Shown one piece after another: positions 25,609-38,164 of a stretch of DNA of 64,000 nt. Source of the DNA: Felis catus. Taxonomy: Eukaryota. The DNA lies in assembly GCF_018350175.1 (NCBI RefSeq), contig NC_058368.1, forward strand, positions 172,176,001 to 172,240,000, in the 5' to 3' direction. Every line of letters starts with the position of its first letter. Position 1 is the stretch's first letter. The notes beneath the pieces were generated by a model. That model was not told the DNA's origin. It worked only from the letters and a program-made list of their open reading frames with translations, and did not search any database. The position numbers and the translations under genes were made by a program.

Positions 25609-28099
25609 GTCCCTCCCTCAAGGTGGGCCCATGCATGACTCTTGTCATGTGATTCCACCAGTACATGACTGCCAGGTCAGTCTTCCCACCTATCTCTGGG
25701 ATAGACTCTCTATAACTGAGTTTCTATAACTGAGTCTGAGCCTTGAGAAGGATTCACCTAGGTCACTGATTCTAGTTATCCCTGAATGGACCCTTCGAGG
25801 TAATAAGCCACGTGCCTAGTGTGCTCTTCTTGATAAGCCAGACCTGGAGTGTAGATGTTCTCACCCTCCAGTGTGGGGAAATACCTAGAGGGCACCCACT
25901 ATGGCTTATAATATTCAGATCAGGGTAGAGGGAGGGGGCATTAGACGTGCAGAGGGCAAGGTGCTCAGTGGCTACTCAAAAGAAGACTCCAGATCTTTCG
26001 TAAAGATGAGATTATAAAACCAGAATGAAAGGTGGTTCCATACACCGGAGCCTTCTCATCTTTTGCCATTAGAAGCAGAATTCTGAAGGTTCTGGCAATA
26101 CTGCATACTGAGCTAATGGAGACAGTCACACCCAGAACAAACATATAAATAAATGCAAGCTCAAAGGAAGGAAAAATGAATCCATGGGTGCCAGAAATGA
26201 AGAGGGGAACTCTGCCCAAGAGGAAAGGCAAGGTGGCCATAGTACAGGCCAATGGAGGTGTCGGACCAGGATGAAGGCCCTAGGATCTAGGGCTTTTGGC
26301 ACCTGTGCTAAGGGCAGGGCTGAGTGCCAGAACAGAGACCCTCTACATGAGCCAGGACTCTCAAAGTACTGCCTAGAGTAAAAGACTAGATTTATTTTCT
26401 GGAGATGTGGTGAGGGAACTTATCCCTCAAGGTCTGGGTGGGAAAAGGAAGAGCCTCTTTTGAGGAACCAGAACCACAAACTTGTCATGTGAAGATGTGA
26501 AACAGGAATCCTAAGCAAAGAATGTAACAGAAACTAGTTCTCAGTCTTTGAAACCCATGGGTCCAAACAGATCCATGCACAGAACTATTCTGTAGGGACA
26601 TCTACTACCCAAGAGGACTTGGTAGAAGATACAATCTCCACTGAAGATGAGCTGGTGTTATCCCAACCCACACAGAGAGAAAATGGAAATGAATCATGAT
26701 GAGATAAAATCCACCTTTATAAGAACCAGAAATAACAGGCCAAACACTAGAAAACAAATCTTTAAAACAAAGAGAGAAAGAAGAGTTGTAACAGAAGGAA
26801 AGGCTATTCAAAAAAGAGTGGATTTGAAAAGCAACCAAGTAGATCGTCTAGAGAAAAAAAGTTCATGTACAGGAAGTGAAAAACCCAGAAAACTTGAGTG
26901 TCTCAGCAATTGTATCCTAGAGTGAAATGGTGAAATCCAACATAACCTGCTGCTAGTGGCCCTGGAATGGTGCGCATACCCTTGAACATGCTGTGTAGGG
27001 AAGGGAGAGGACTCTGATGTTTATCCTTCAAAAACCTCAGAGGAAGGGAACCAAGCCAGATGGCTGGCATTGGCTGCCTCTGGATCATATTATGGGTTAT
27101 TTTCTCCCAGCTTTTTATAATTTCTGCTCTTTTAGATAATTTCTATGATGTATACACATTTTATTTTCAAATAGCAAAGGGAATATTAGAGCCTTTATTC
27201 CACCAAAAAAGTCTTTCTTGGCCAGAGTAACCCGGAATTTATCGCACAACATGTTGGCTTGAACATAAAAAGGAAATCCTTAGTCTTTGGCCAAAGGAAA
27301 TGTGTTTGGAACACATAACGAAAGGGCAGCTTCACAGCTCATGCCGTGGGGTGCAAAGGCCCACAAAGAGGGCTCCTGATTGGGGAAAAAGGCACTGTGA
27401 TGATGGACCCAATGCCTGGTTCATGGGCAGTGAGTAGAGACATCAGCCAAGGGTGCATGAGGATTCCCCAGAGGGAACAGAAGTCAGGGTCTGAGCTGAG
27501 TGGGAAGGACACAATAAACCAGCTTAGAAGCAAAGAAGCTGATTCCTAATTTACTGCCACAGCCCAAAGTCTTCCCAGGCTTCAGTTAGACTCAAGACTG
27601 AGCAGTCGCTGAGGACAGGGACACATTAAGCAAGTGACCCGAGTGTGTTGGGCTGACCACAGCTGGCAGCTCCTCTCTGCTCTCCAGAGGTGAGCTAACC
27701 AGAGGGGACCCTGCTCTTTTTTGAGGACAGTGTTGGTCCCAACAGGAGACACCAGTTACTAGCTATTAATTCAGCACTTCCTTGACCTACCTGGCCCAGT
27801 GGACCTGCCTATGGTTTTAAGCTGGCTTCTGTTCCTGAGCCCCTCCCTCATGTCTCAGTACCTGGGAGTAAAGAGACACTGCGGAATCCAAGGCTGTGTG
27901 AACCACACTTTTGTGCAGACGAGAGTGGAGTTTGGAGAGCAGGCTTGGGAACACGGCTCCTGGCCCTGACTCCCCATGTTAGCAGGTCTGGCAGCAGAGT
28001 CCTGTGCAGAACCAAGACCTGCAGGAGCAGCCTTTACCAGTGCCCACCTCTGCCACAGGCAGAGAGCTGGTTGCAGCCATATAGGAGCTCGGTCCTAGC

Positions 28100-28730
28100 A
28101 AGTGGTTCTTCATTTCCACTCCAATTGGGTGTATACAATACAACACACTCTGACCTGAACTTCCTGGAGTTCTCCCAGGCCCCACAAGGTAAGGATAGAG
28201 TCCACGACTGCCTTCACTTCAAACACCAGCCATGAGTGCTGGGGGCAGGTGAGGTGGGGAGGGGGTTGTCCCCAGGTCACTTGCACTTCCCACCAACTGC
28301 TTCCAAAAACCAGGTTTCCACAATCCACTCATGATCAGTAACTTGCTAGACTCCAGAAAGCACTACCTATATCTAGTTTTACCATAAAGGGTGTACACAG
28401 GGTGTGCCTGGAAGCGTGCTGAATGCAGATCTTCTCTGCTTCAGTGTCGAGGAATTTCACTGGGGTTTCAGGACTAGGCACAATTGATGAAATTGCAGGC
28501 CACTCAGTGGAACTCAATCTGCAGCACTCCCTACCCTCACTGGGGGTCAAGGGGCTGGAAGTCCCAACTCTATAATCACATGCTAGATCCTTCCAGGGAC
28601 AGCCCTGGTATTGCAGCTTCCAGGGGGCCTGCCTCCTTAGCATAACAAAGACACTCTGGAAATTCCAAGGGTTTGCAAATTCTTGGCCTGAATTGGGAAC
28701 AGACACCAGATACAGTCTTCCGGCACCACA
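28100..28730. mobile_element. MER21-like ERVL LTR
   Basis: Motifs 'cctggagtt...gactgccttcacttca', 'gaagtcccaactctataatcacatg' and 'cataacaaagacactc...gaaattccaagggttt'. Confidence 0.65.
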
Positions 28731-29478
28731 GCAGTCTTCAGACAAAGCACTCAGGAGAGTAAGGCCAAGTGCTTGGCACCCCTGGCCGGAAACATGCAGA
28801 GTGTGTGCTGCTGAAGGGATGGCAGTTTAACCACTTCTCAATGAGGGGCACCAGCTTTCCAAGAAAGCTCCCCCTGCTCTAAAGATGCCAGCAGATAACT
28901 CAGCCAGCTGGGCAAACAGCCCAAGATCTTGTCAGAAACACTGACCTGAACAGCGCTGGGAAACTTCACCAGAGAGCAGAATGATGCAAGCAGGCTACAC
29001 ATGGCACCAAAGGGACAAGGGCGTCAGGAAACTGGGGCTCTGGTCCAAGTTACGCACCTGCCCTTGCCCTATCCTCTCCCCCACTCCACATTAACATCAG
29101 CCTCAACCCAAGAAGCACCATAAGCTTCTGGAGATTAGGGGTCCTTTTATGTGGACACAGGCCAACCTGGAGGGATCTCATCTGGCTTCTCTTGGAGAAT
29201 GAGGTGTTCCAAAGTTGAGCTGGGACACCCCTAGGCATTCTCCTGAGTTCAGCTGACCCCTCTAGGGACATATCCAGCTCAAGGGGCCCCAGGCACACTG
29301 ATACTATTCCTGCCTACAAATGAGGCTCTGGCTGTCCTCCAGAGGGAGATGACTAAACCTAGACGGGGTTCATATATCATCATCGTGGACCTGCTTTCAG
29401 AGGGCCTTTTCTTGTCTCCTTCTGATGACATGGAAGCAAATGGGCACAGGGTTCCAGGGGGCCCCACCCCCACGGTAC

Positions 29479-29713
29479 CTTCATGGCCATCAGTTCCTGC
29501 ATTAGCACGGCATTTTCCAGATCCAGCCGCTGGCTGTCCCCCCGGGGCTTAACATCATAGCTGAGGGGATCGATGTGGATGCTCTCCAGCTCCAGCATGG
29601 TCAGCTTGACTGCGGCCCTGTCATTCTTGAGCTGCTGGATGTAATCCTTCAGCCTTTGCTCATCTTCTTTAGTGAACTCCGTGTCGCAGCTACTGGCTGT
29701 GGAGCTGGTTGTG
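29479..29713 (-). CDS. MCC: MCC coding exon: (S)TTSSTASSCDTEFTKEDEQRLKDYIQQLKNDRAAVKLTMLELESIHIDPLSYDVKPRGDSQRLDLENAVLMQELMAMK
   Basis: 235 nt, phase 2/0. Acceptor tctcctcag, donor AAG|GTACCG. Confidence 0.97.
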
Positions 29714-31486
29714 CTGAGGAGACAGAGAAAACCCGTCACGTTCCCCAGCCACTGTGAACAGGTCTTTTTCCTGACTCTTCCCCATACCCATCTCTCCAAT
29801 GGTGTTTAAATGGTGATCTCCCTGCACCTCCAAAAAAGAAAAAAAAAGCATTCTTCATGGCATGGTAAATTGATACAACTTTTTAACAGAGAAATAAGTC
29901 TGAAGAGTAACAGAAATGCTTACCCCCTTTAATACAACATGTGGACCCTAAAAATGAATTCTGAGGAAATAATCCCACAGAAGCAACAAGATACACCCAA
30001 AGATATTTCATGGCATAGAGGGTGTAGTTAGTTATGGTACATTCCAAAAGGCCATAAGTGATGTGGACATTACAGTAATAATTATGACAATGGTAGAAAT
30101 ATTTTAAGTGGAGAAATAGGATGAAAAGTAGTATATAATAAAAAAAAATCGGTGTATGTGTGGACAGGACCTAAAAAGGGGAGATGTTAAGGAACAAAGC
30201 TGGAGAAAAAAATGCCTATGGTGTGATCTATAGACATGCGTGTGTGCACATACTCACTTGCGCAAACACACGTCTAGGACTTTGAAAGCAATCTCCTCAG
30301 GGTGGCAGTGGAAGGTGTGGTAGAGAAAGGGGAGTGCTGTACCGTGAAACAAACCCCTACGTGTGTGTGCTGTTACTGTGACAACTTAGAAAAGCAGGAT
30401 GCCCCTGGGCTCCCTGCCATTCCTCCTGCATCATGGCTGAGTATAGCATCCACCACAGGGACTCAGGCCCATCCAAGCGGCCCTTGGATGCTCATGCTGA
30501 ACGGTGATGGCTGCCAGATCTGAGGAGCACTTAGGATGAACCCTGAGAACATGGTGGCCCATGAAGGTTTGTGTGGGACCCAGACCACCATGCAGGAACA
30601 AGCATCATAGGAAAACTCAGGCTCTGGCTCTTAGAGAGGGCTCTGGGCTTTTTCTGGCAGTGGGCAGGCTGCCCCCACTGGCTCAGAATGAGGCCCTCTG
30701 CACCCTGTCAGTCCTCAAGCATTGAGGCCTGTGTGGACCTACAGTTTCTCTGGATCTACACTAGACTTACCTACACTTGATGCAGTCCTCGTGGCTCTGG
30801 CCTTAGCACAATGGCAGACAAACAGGCAGAGGCCCATTTAACTATCATCAAAACAGGCCAGTTTGGCATTATCATCTGTTGTTACCAATTTGGTGACTGA
30901 GGCTCAGAGATATTAGGTGGCTTGCTCGGTCATGAGGCCAGACACCGGACTTGGACCACCGTCTTCGCATGCCTCAGGCCAGCATTCACACAGCTCGCAT
31001 TTGTAGAAGCTGTGCCAGGAACAAGGCGCGGTCTCCATGGGCTGCTGGCTGCCGTAGGCCCAGGCCTGCCCTCCTCACCTCAGCCTAGAACAGGGGTAAC
31101 AGGCCTGGGATCCCAACTCAGCAGATGCGATTGCTCTATAACCTAGGTGTGACCAAGGCCCATTCCACTCTTATGGGATTGACATGTATCTGGACACATT
31201 ATCTAGAAGACTAGGCTTCTGTGGAGACAAAGGTGAGGAGAGGTGATAAGCTAGAGCTCCCCCACTCAGCTGGCCGTGCACAGGAGGAAGAGAACCCCCT
31301 AGGGCTTAGGTGATCTTCAAGTCAGAGAACTCCTGCTGGGATTGGAAGCTCCTGAGGACCACAGACTCTGGGATTGCTCCCCCCACCCCCCACTCTCTTC
31401 AGCCCATCAGGACAGGTAGGATGTATCTCATGGATGAAGGGAGCAAGATCAGCCCGATCAACACACAACACCTCCTCCTCATAGGC

Positions 31487-31920
31487 TGCGACGGTTAATT
31501 TCGTGCGGCAACTGGGCTGGGCTACAGTACCCAGTTGCTTGGCCAAACACCCATCTAAATGTAACTGTGAAGGTATTTTAGATGTGATTAACATTTAAAT
31601 CAGACTTTGAGTAAAGCAGACTACCTTCCATGATGTAGGTGAGTCTTGTCGAATCAGCTGAAGGTCTTCAGAGAAAAGACCCAATATCCCCCTGCCCCAA
31701 AAAGAAGAAATTCTGCCTCCAGACAGCCTTCAGATTCAAGACTGCCACATCAAGTCTTCCTTGGGTCTCCAGCCAGTCTGCCTGTCCTACAGATTTACTA
31801 CTTGCCAGCCCCCATAATCATATGAGCCCATACCTTAAAATTAGTCAGTCACTCTATTCATATATTGACCTACCCCTACCCTATCCCTATTGGTCCTGTT
31901 TCTCTGGAGAACCTAATTCA
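31487..31920 (+). mobile_element. MLT2 (ERVL) LTR
   Basis: Starts 'tgcgacggttaatttcgtg...caactgggctgggcta', contains 'tttgagtaaagcagactaccttcc', ends 'tattggtcctgtttctctggagaacc'. Confidence 0.85.
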
Positions 31921-32079
31921 GAGGTGCTACCTTTACCTGTGACCCAGGCATCTTCTACACTTTGTAGATTTACGGGTAGCCTGACTCAACCTCTCTGTGC
32001 CTATCTCCCCAGCTATAAAAGGTAAAGTGTTTAGAACAGTGCCTAGCACATGGTAAGCACTCGACAAATGTAGCTATCA

Positions 32080-32740
32080 TTCATTTAAATAATACTGGAG
32101 TACCACTAAGGGGTACTCTTCTAGGCCCTAGAAAAATCTGTGCTCTCATAGAACTCATTTTCTAATAGGGGAGACAAACAAGTAAAATAAGCAGTAGATC
32201 AGACAGTGAGCAGTACCATGGAGAAAAGGAAGCAGTTATGGGTAGCACAAAGAGAAGATGGAATTATTCTTTGCAACAGGGTTATAGGGAGGGCCTGCAT
32301 GATAAAATTACATAAAGCAGACCTCATGGAGGTGAGAAAGGCAACTGTGTGGATTTCTGGAGGAAGAGTGATCCAAGCAGAGGACACACTGAATGCAAAG
32401 GCCCTGAGGCAGTGGGTGTGGCCATCAAGAATTAGACTGTGGCTGAGTCAGAGACAGCTAAGGGAGAGGGAGGAAGAGAACTGGTCAGAGAGGAGAGTTA
32501 TGTAGGGGAGGTGGCAGGGTGCCAGGTCATGTCAGGTTTTATCAGGTTTTTTCTCCAGAATTAGAATGGAAGCCATTGGAGGGTTTGTAACAGGGGTGAT
32601 GTGATCTGCCTTACATCTTAATAGGTTCCCTTTGGCCACTGTGCTGAGGGGAGATGCAGGGAAGCAAGGGGAGAGGTAGGGAGACCCATTCTGGGCTATT
32701 GCAACAACCTCGGGAAGAGATGGTGGACGCTGGGAAGGCA
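32080..32740 (-). mobile_element. L2 LINE 3' fragment, preceded by MIR at about 31940-32080
   Basis: Motifs 'tgtgctctcatagaactc...gggagacaaacaagtaa', 'tgcaaaggccctgagg' and 'gaagccattggagggttt'. Confidence 0.75.
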
Positions 32741-32802
32741 GAAAAGAGGATAAAATTGTTATTATTAATCACCACTACTTTGTTTTCTCAAGCTGTATTT
32801 TA

Positions 32803-32989
32803 CTTTATTTATTATGAGAGTGACAGAGACAGCATGAGTGGGGGAGGGGCAGAGAGAAGAGAATCCCAAGCAGGCTCCACACTGTCAGCACGGAGACCGA
32901 TGTTGGGCTCGAACTCACAAACCATGAGATCATGACCTGAGCTGAAATCCAAAGTCAGATGCTCGACTGATTGAGCCATCTAGGCACCC
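32803..32989 (-). mobile_element. Can-SINE (older)
   Basis: Reverse SINE, flanked by tcaa(g/c)ctg. Confidence 0.9.
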
Positions 32990-32998
32990 TCAACCTGC

Positions 32999-33230
32999 TT
33001 GCTTGCTTGCTTGCTTGCTTTCTTTATTTAACGTTTATTTATTTTTGAGACAGGGAGAGACAGCATGAATGGGGGAGGGTCAGAGAGAGAGGGAGACACA
33101 GAATTTGAAACAGGCTCCAGGCTCTGAGCTGTCAGCACAGAGCTTGATGCGGGGCTTGAGCTCATGGACCGCGAGATCATGACCTGAGCCGAAGTCAGAT
33201 GCTTAACCGACTGAGCCACCCAGGCGCCCC
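32999..33230 (-). mobile_element. Can-SINE (younger) whose tail has become a (TTGC)n microsatellite
   Basis: Reverse head 'ccacccaggcgcccc'. TSD TCAACCTGC at 32990 and 33231. Confidence 0.92.
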
Positions 33231-33354
33231 TCAACCTGCATTTTAAAAAGGATGAGAAGGGAGAGGCAGGAACAGCCTCTGGCTGGAACACTTGTGGGAC
33301 AATTTCCCTGAGAAATGAAGCAGCTCAAGAGAAGGGAACAAGCTAACAGTACCC

Positions 33355-33368
33355 CCAGCAGAGGGCGC
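33355..33368 (+). promoter_or_regulatory. Candidate CTCF site
   Basis: CCAGCAGAGGGCGC is an exact match to CCASYAGRKGGCRS. Confidence 0.55.
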
Positions 33369-34071
33369 CGGGGAGGCCGGTGGGACTTCTGAAGGAGAGG
33401 GACCTTTCTAAACAACCTTCCTCCTTCTAAGGGAGGAAACAGCCTCCCTCAGCATCTCAGGCTTCTCCAGTAAAGAACTGCCTCCCTGAGCCAGAAGGGG
33501 TGGGGGCAGGCATGCCTGGAACAAAACCATTCAAGTAGGGCTCAGGGCTCACCTCAACATGGACACAGAGGGACAGACAGACAAATAAGCAAACTGAAGT
33601 GGTGGCATTGTTCTCAAAGCATTCCATGGGGCTGAGTGTTTGCAGGTGCGGCATGTTTGGACAGCGCGGCACTGGGAAACATCAACACTTCTCCTCCAGT
33701 GACTCGGGAGGAGGCTTCAGGTATGAGATCCTTTCCCGTGAAGATGGGGCTCTGGACCAGAGGTTCGCATTACAACCCTCGTCCTTCCTTACATTAACAC
33801 TTATTTTGAAAAATTTTAAACACACAGGAAAACACAGAGATTCGCCAACACCCATGTGCCTACCACCCAGATGACTTTTTTGTCATATTGTCTTTGGCCT
33901 ACTTTTTTAGCACTAGAACCCTTAGACTTGAGGTAACGTTTGTTATCTTTCACTTAAAAAAGAATTTTCAAAATTCAAAGAGAACTAGAAGCTAGAGTTC
34001 TGTAATTAGCCTGCAGGCACTGAAATGATACTACTTTGGCAGATTTTCCATTTAGCAGGACTGGCGTACCC

Positions 34072-34255
34072 CAGTGGTTGTCAAAGAGTAGTTGCTGGTC
34101 TAGCTGGAGCAGCCTCGCCTAGGAAGTTGTTAGGAATGCACATTCCCAGCTCCACTCCCAAGACCTCTAGAATGGGGAAGGAGCAGAACCCAGCAATCTG
34201 TATTTTCATGTACCCTCTCATCATCCTGAGGCACAGCTAGATTTGAGAACAACTG
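34072..34255. mobile_element. MER5-type hAT element
   Basis: Terminal inverted repeats CAGTGGTTGTCAAA ... TTTGAGAACAACTG, with internal 'cccagcaatctgtatttt'. Confidence 0.8.
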
Positions 34256-36110
34256 GTCTACCCCATAGGGTAAGTAAGCATTTGCACAGTAGCCTATGAG
34301 GTAACGGGACCCTTCTGAAATTCTCTAGGGAGAGGCCACTACACTCTTGGGCTGATCTGGCCGGTGCCAGGGATTATGGGATCTCTGGTATCAGACAGAC
34401 CTGAGTAACTGTGCCTCCTCTGACACTGCCTAGCTTTATGGCCCAGATGAAATGACCCATCCTTCCTGGGCTGCAGTAACGTGGGGATACGAATAGCTCC
34501 GACATCACCAGGTTGTTGGAAAGGAGACAGTGGGTCCTGAAGCAGGCAGGGCCAGCTAGTGTAGCACTCCTTCTGGAGGAGGAGAGACAGCTGTGCCAAC
34601 ATCTGGCACCTCCCTACACAGACTTAGGGGCTCCCTCTAGCTACCTAGCAAGTCAGGCAGAATACTTCAGCTGAGGAAGAAGCAATGCAGCAAGTGCTTG
34701 ACCAAACTTGAGAAACCACCTAAAACTGTCTAGGAAACACCAATGTGAGTGGGCAGGGCTGACAGGCTTAGGGGTCTCCTTGAACCCTTGAACACCCCTT
34801 AGGGGTGTCTGGGGCCTGATACTAGGCCAGGTAGGGAGGGCCTTTATTTCACCGTCTCTACCATGGGTATAATTTTCAGAAAAGAAGAAAAAAGACCCCT
34901 CCACAGATCTACCCTTCTGGGAAGCTCAGCACTCTAAAATGCTCCTACCGGGATAAAGTTTGATTTCCAGATAAGCACCTCGTCCCCACAGCCCCTCTGG
35001 CCTCCCTCTCTCCCTTCTGGGAAGCCAGGGAGGAGCGGACCAGGGTTAATTACAATTCTGCTTTGTGCCCTAATGTTCCAGTACAGAATATGATCATGAC
35101 AAGTGTAAAAGGCAGGGAAGCCGCTGGCCTCTCCTCTGACTCCTGCAGACAAAGGCACTGCTGGTCTCCCGGGGGCCCGCCGCTGGCTGCTGGGCCCGGG
35201 TTAGGTCATCCATTAGCTCTCCCAGCTTGAAATGCTGGATGGTCTTGGCTGTCAAGGGGGAATGAATCACTGTCCACATAGGCTGGTTACTCCCTGTCTC
35301 CAGGATGGGAGGCCTGTTCTCTGAGACGGATTGTGGGGAGGGCTGCAGGTGGGGAGCCCCAGCCCACCCCAGAATGGCTGAGCAGCACATCTTTGCATTC
35401 TGCTCTGGTTTTCCAATAAGCTGGGGCAGGTCACATGGGTTTCTCCTTTCCGGGATGTTCTGCTGGAGCCCCCTCCTGCTGGCTTCACTTCACGGCTATA
35501 ACTTGCCAGCAATCTACAGCCAGCGGGGTGCACGCTGGCGGCCTGGGACACCCCACCATTCTGCCTGCCCTGCACAATGGGACACAGACTCAGGTTTGGT
35601 CAAGTAGTCATGGATTTCAAATACCTCTCTTCGGTCCCCCTCCTTCATGTCCCAGCCTCATCCTCAAGACAACCCCCTATCCTATTTAGAAGAAAAATCC
35701 ATTTTTTCTTCAGCCTCGTCTTGTCTTGGCTAAATGCTAGAATGGCATTTCACTTCTTTGCCACAAAAACCAGAGAGGGATTTTTCCTCTAAGTTTTTAT
35801 CAATCAATGCCTAACCTGGCACCCTAAATTAAGATCTCATTTCCACCAAGGGACAACTCATTTTCAGAAGGAAAAAGCCATTAGGCTGGCCTTCTGTTTT
35901 GCTTAGCATTTTAGATTTATTTGGAGGAGGTGGTCAAGGCCAGGTGACATTTGGCCACGTCAGCCACTCGTAAGTGGCCCCATTCTTCCAAGTTGAAGGT
36001 AGGCTTTGTCACCTGCCTGCATCTTTTAGTGTCATGTTGTGGTACTCCCCTCCCTCTCTGTCAATTCTTTGTCACAAAGGACTAAAGACACCTAAATACA
36101 ATCCTAACTC

Positions 36111-36205
36111 GGGGCACCTGGTGGGTCAGTGGACTGAACATCTGACCCTTGATTTCAGCTCGGTCATGATCTCAGGGTCGTGGGATTGAGCCCCCATGTC
36201 TGGAT
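36111..36205 (+). mobile_element. Partial Can-SINE head
   Basis: 'ggggcacctggtgggtcagtgg...catgatctcagggtcgtgggattgagccc'. Confidence 0.75.
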
Positions 36206-37939
36206 TAGAAGGTGAAAGCAGGGCATCGTGAGCTCCACTGCCCTTATTCCAATTTGGGGGTGAGTGGTCAGTCTGGTGGGACCCTGACTCCCAGGAGGTG
36301 CCCAGCAGCTCACCCGCAAGGTTACAGTCACAGATCTCCCACAGCTCACCATGATCTCCACCTGACAGTGGGACAAAAAGGACTTAGCTCTAGTCTCTGT
36401 GAGGGCAGATTTGCTGAGGCTTCCTCTGTCTTGGCCACATGTCCTTTCGTAGATTTAGATCAATGATTGTGCGTCCGTGGAACGAAGTGATATCGTGATG
36501 CTTGACAGAAAGGGTGGGCTTGATTAAGGATTCCCTGTTCCCACTTCAACTAGTCCACTGGCCCCTCTGTCGTGAGAAGCTGATAAAGGTATCCAGGAAA
36601 TCAACATTACTTAGCTACTCAGCCCACGGAGACAATTACAACTCCTGACAAAGCTATGATATGGCCATATTTTTCAAAAGTAAAAGAGCAGTGTCTCTGG
36701 GCTCCTGCCAACAGTCAACTGAGAGGCTGGCTACCATTTTTATTCTCCTTTCTGGTAACCACTCTTCTTCTGCTCCTTTCTCAAACCATGACCCTCCTGT
36801 CATCAGGAGCTATTTGCCCACTGCCAGCAAGGCATCTGGGAGCCTGACACTCAGCATTCCTTTCCTGAGACCTTGAGGAAGAGCTGACACTGAGTAGAAT
36901 GCTCTGTGCCAGTTGGTTATAGTGGGAGGAAAGAGGACAACTAGCTTTCTTTCTCCCATAAACTCAACAGGGGGGAATGTCTGAGCTGGAACAGCAAGAT
37001 GTACACACAGAATTAATCACTGTAATTATAAAAAGGGTTGGTGGTTTGGGACTTTTTCTCGGAGCTCGCATTTAGTATAAAGCCGTCTGCTTGTGTCACG
37101 ACCACAGAATGTGGTGCGCCACACAAATGGCCTGTGTGTGGTTCTTTGTACCCACCCTGGCTGTTCTGAGTTTGGGGGGGGGGTGGGGAGGGGAGGGGGC
37201 GGAGTGTGGAAGTGAATTTTTAAGAAAGACAATAGAGTGAAATCTAAAGTCCTCTGTATTTTGATAGACCTATTTGAGACTTAAATTAGTTCAAGGGCCA
37301 TTCTTTCATGAGGTCATCCTTAAAAATAAAGGCCATGTCCTGAATTGATCTCAACCCGAGTTACTATATCACCAAAAATTAAATTTATCTAAGAAAACTT
37401 AGAATCAAAGCTCATCTATACATTAAAGTATTTCTAACAAATGTTCATAACCAGGATCTCCACTAAATAGATGGTTAGAGTTCTTACTTTTGACTGACTC
37501 CAAATGTATCCCTGATTTGGATGAAAACAAAGTTATTCTGGGGATGGGGAGGTGTGAGCAAAAAATCCATAACACGTCCCTTATAAGCTACTGAAATAGC
37601 ATATATTCCCTGTCAACTTACTTCTATGTTCACTAATTCAACAATGTTGCTGACAACACGAGGTCTACGTTTCTACTCTAAATGACAGAAATTATAGATC
37701 ATACACATCTGGAAAAGTCATTAAGAAGAGCATCTGCTTGCTGTATTAAAACAGAAGAATGTGGTTTTAAGAAAAAAAATAAATTATGATCTGTGTTTCA
37801 TAGAATAAGACAGTCGGTGCTGGAGTCACAAGGAAATAATTCCCTTGAGTTTGTGAGCACCTGGACAGCTACGTTGTTGGAAATGTCCCCTCTCCTAAGG
37901 CACCAGGTCTGGGACAGGTAGATAGATGCACTTAGACAG

Positions 37940-38164
37940 GGGCACCTGGGTGGCTCAGTCAGTTAAGCGTCCGACTTTGGCTCAGGTCATGATCTCACGG
38001 TTTGTGTGTTCAAGCCCTGTGTCAGGCTCTGTGCTGACAGTTGGAACCTGGAGCCTGCTTCAGATTCTGTGTCTCCCTCTCCACCTCTCCCCTGCTCATG
38101 CTCGCTCTGTCTCCCTCTCTCTCAAAAATAAATAAGCATTAAAAAAAAATTAAAAAAAAAAAAA
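37940..38164 (+). mobile_element. Can-SINE
   Basis: Perfect 16-bp TSD AGATGCACTTAGACAG at 37924-37939 and 38165-38180. Confidence 0.95.
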
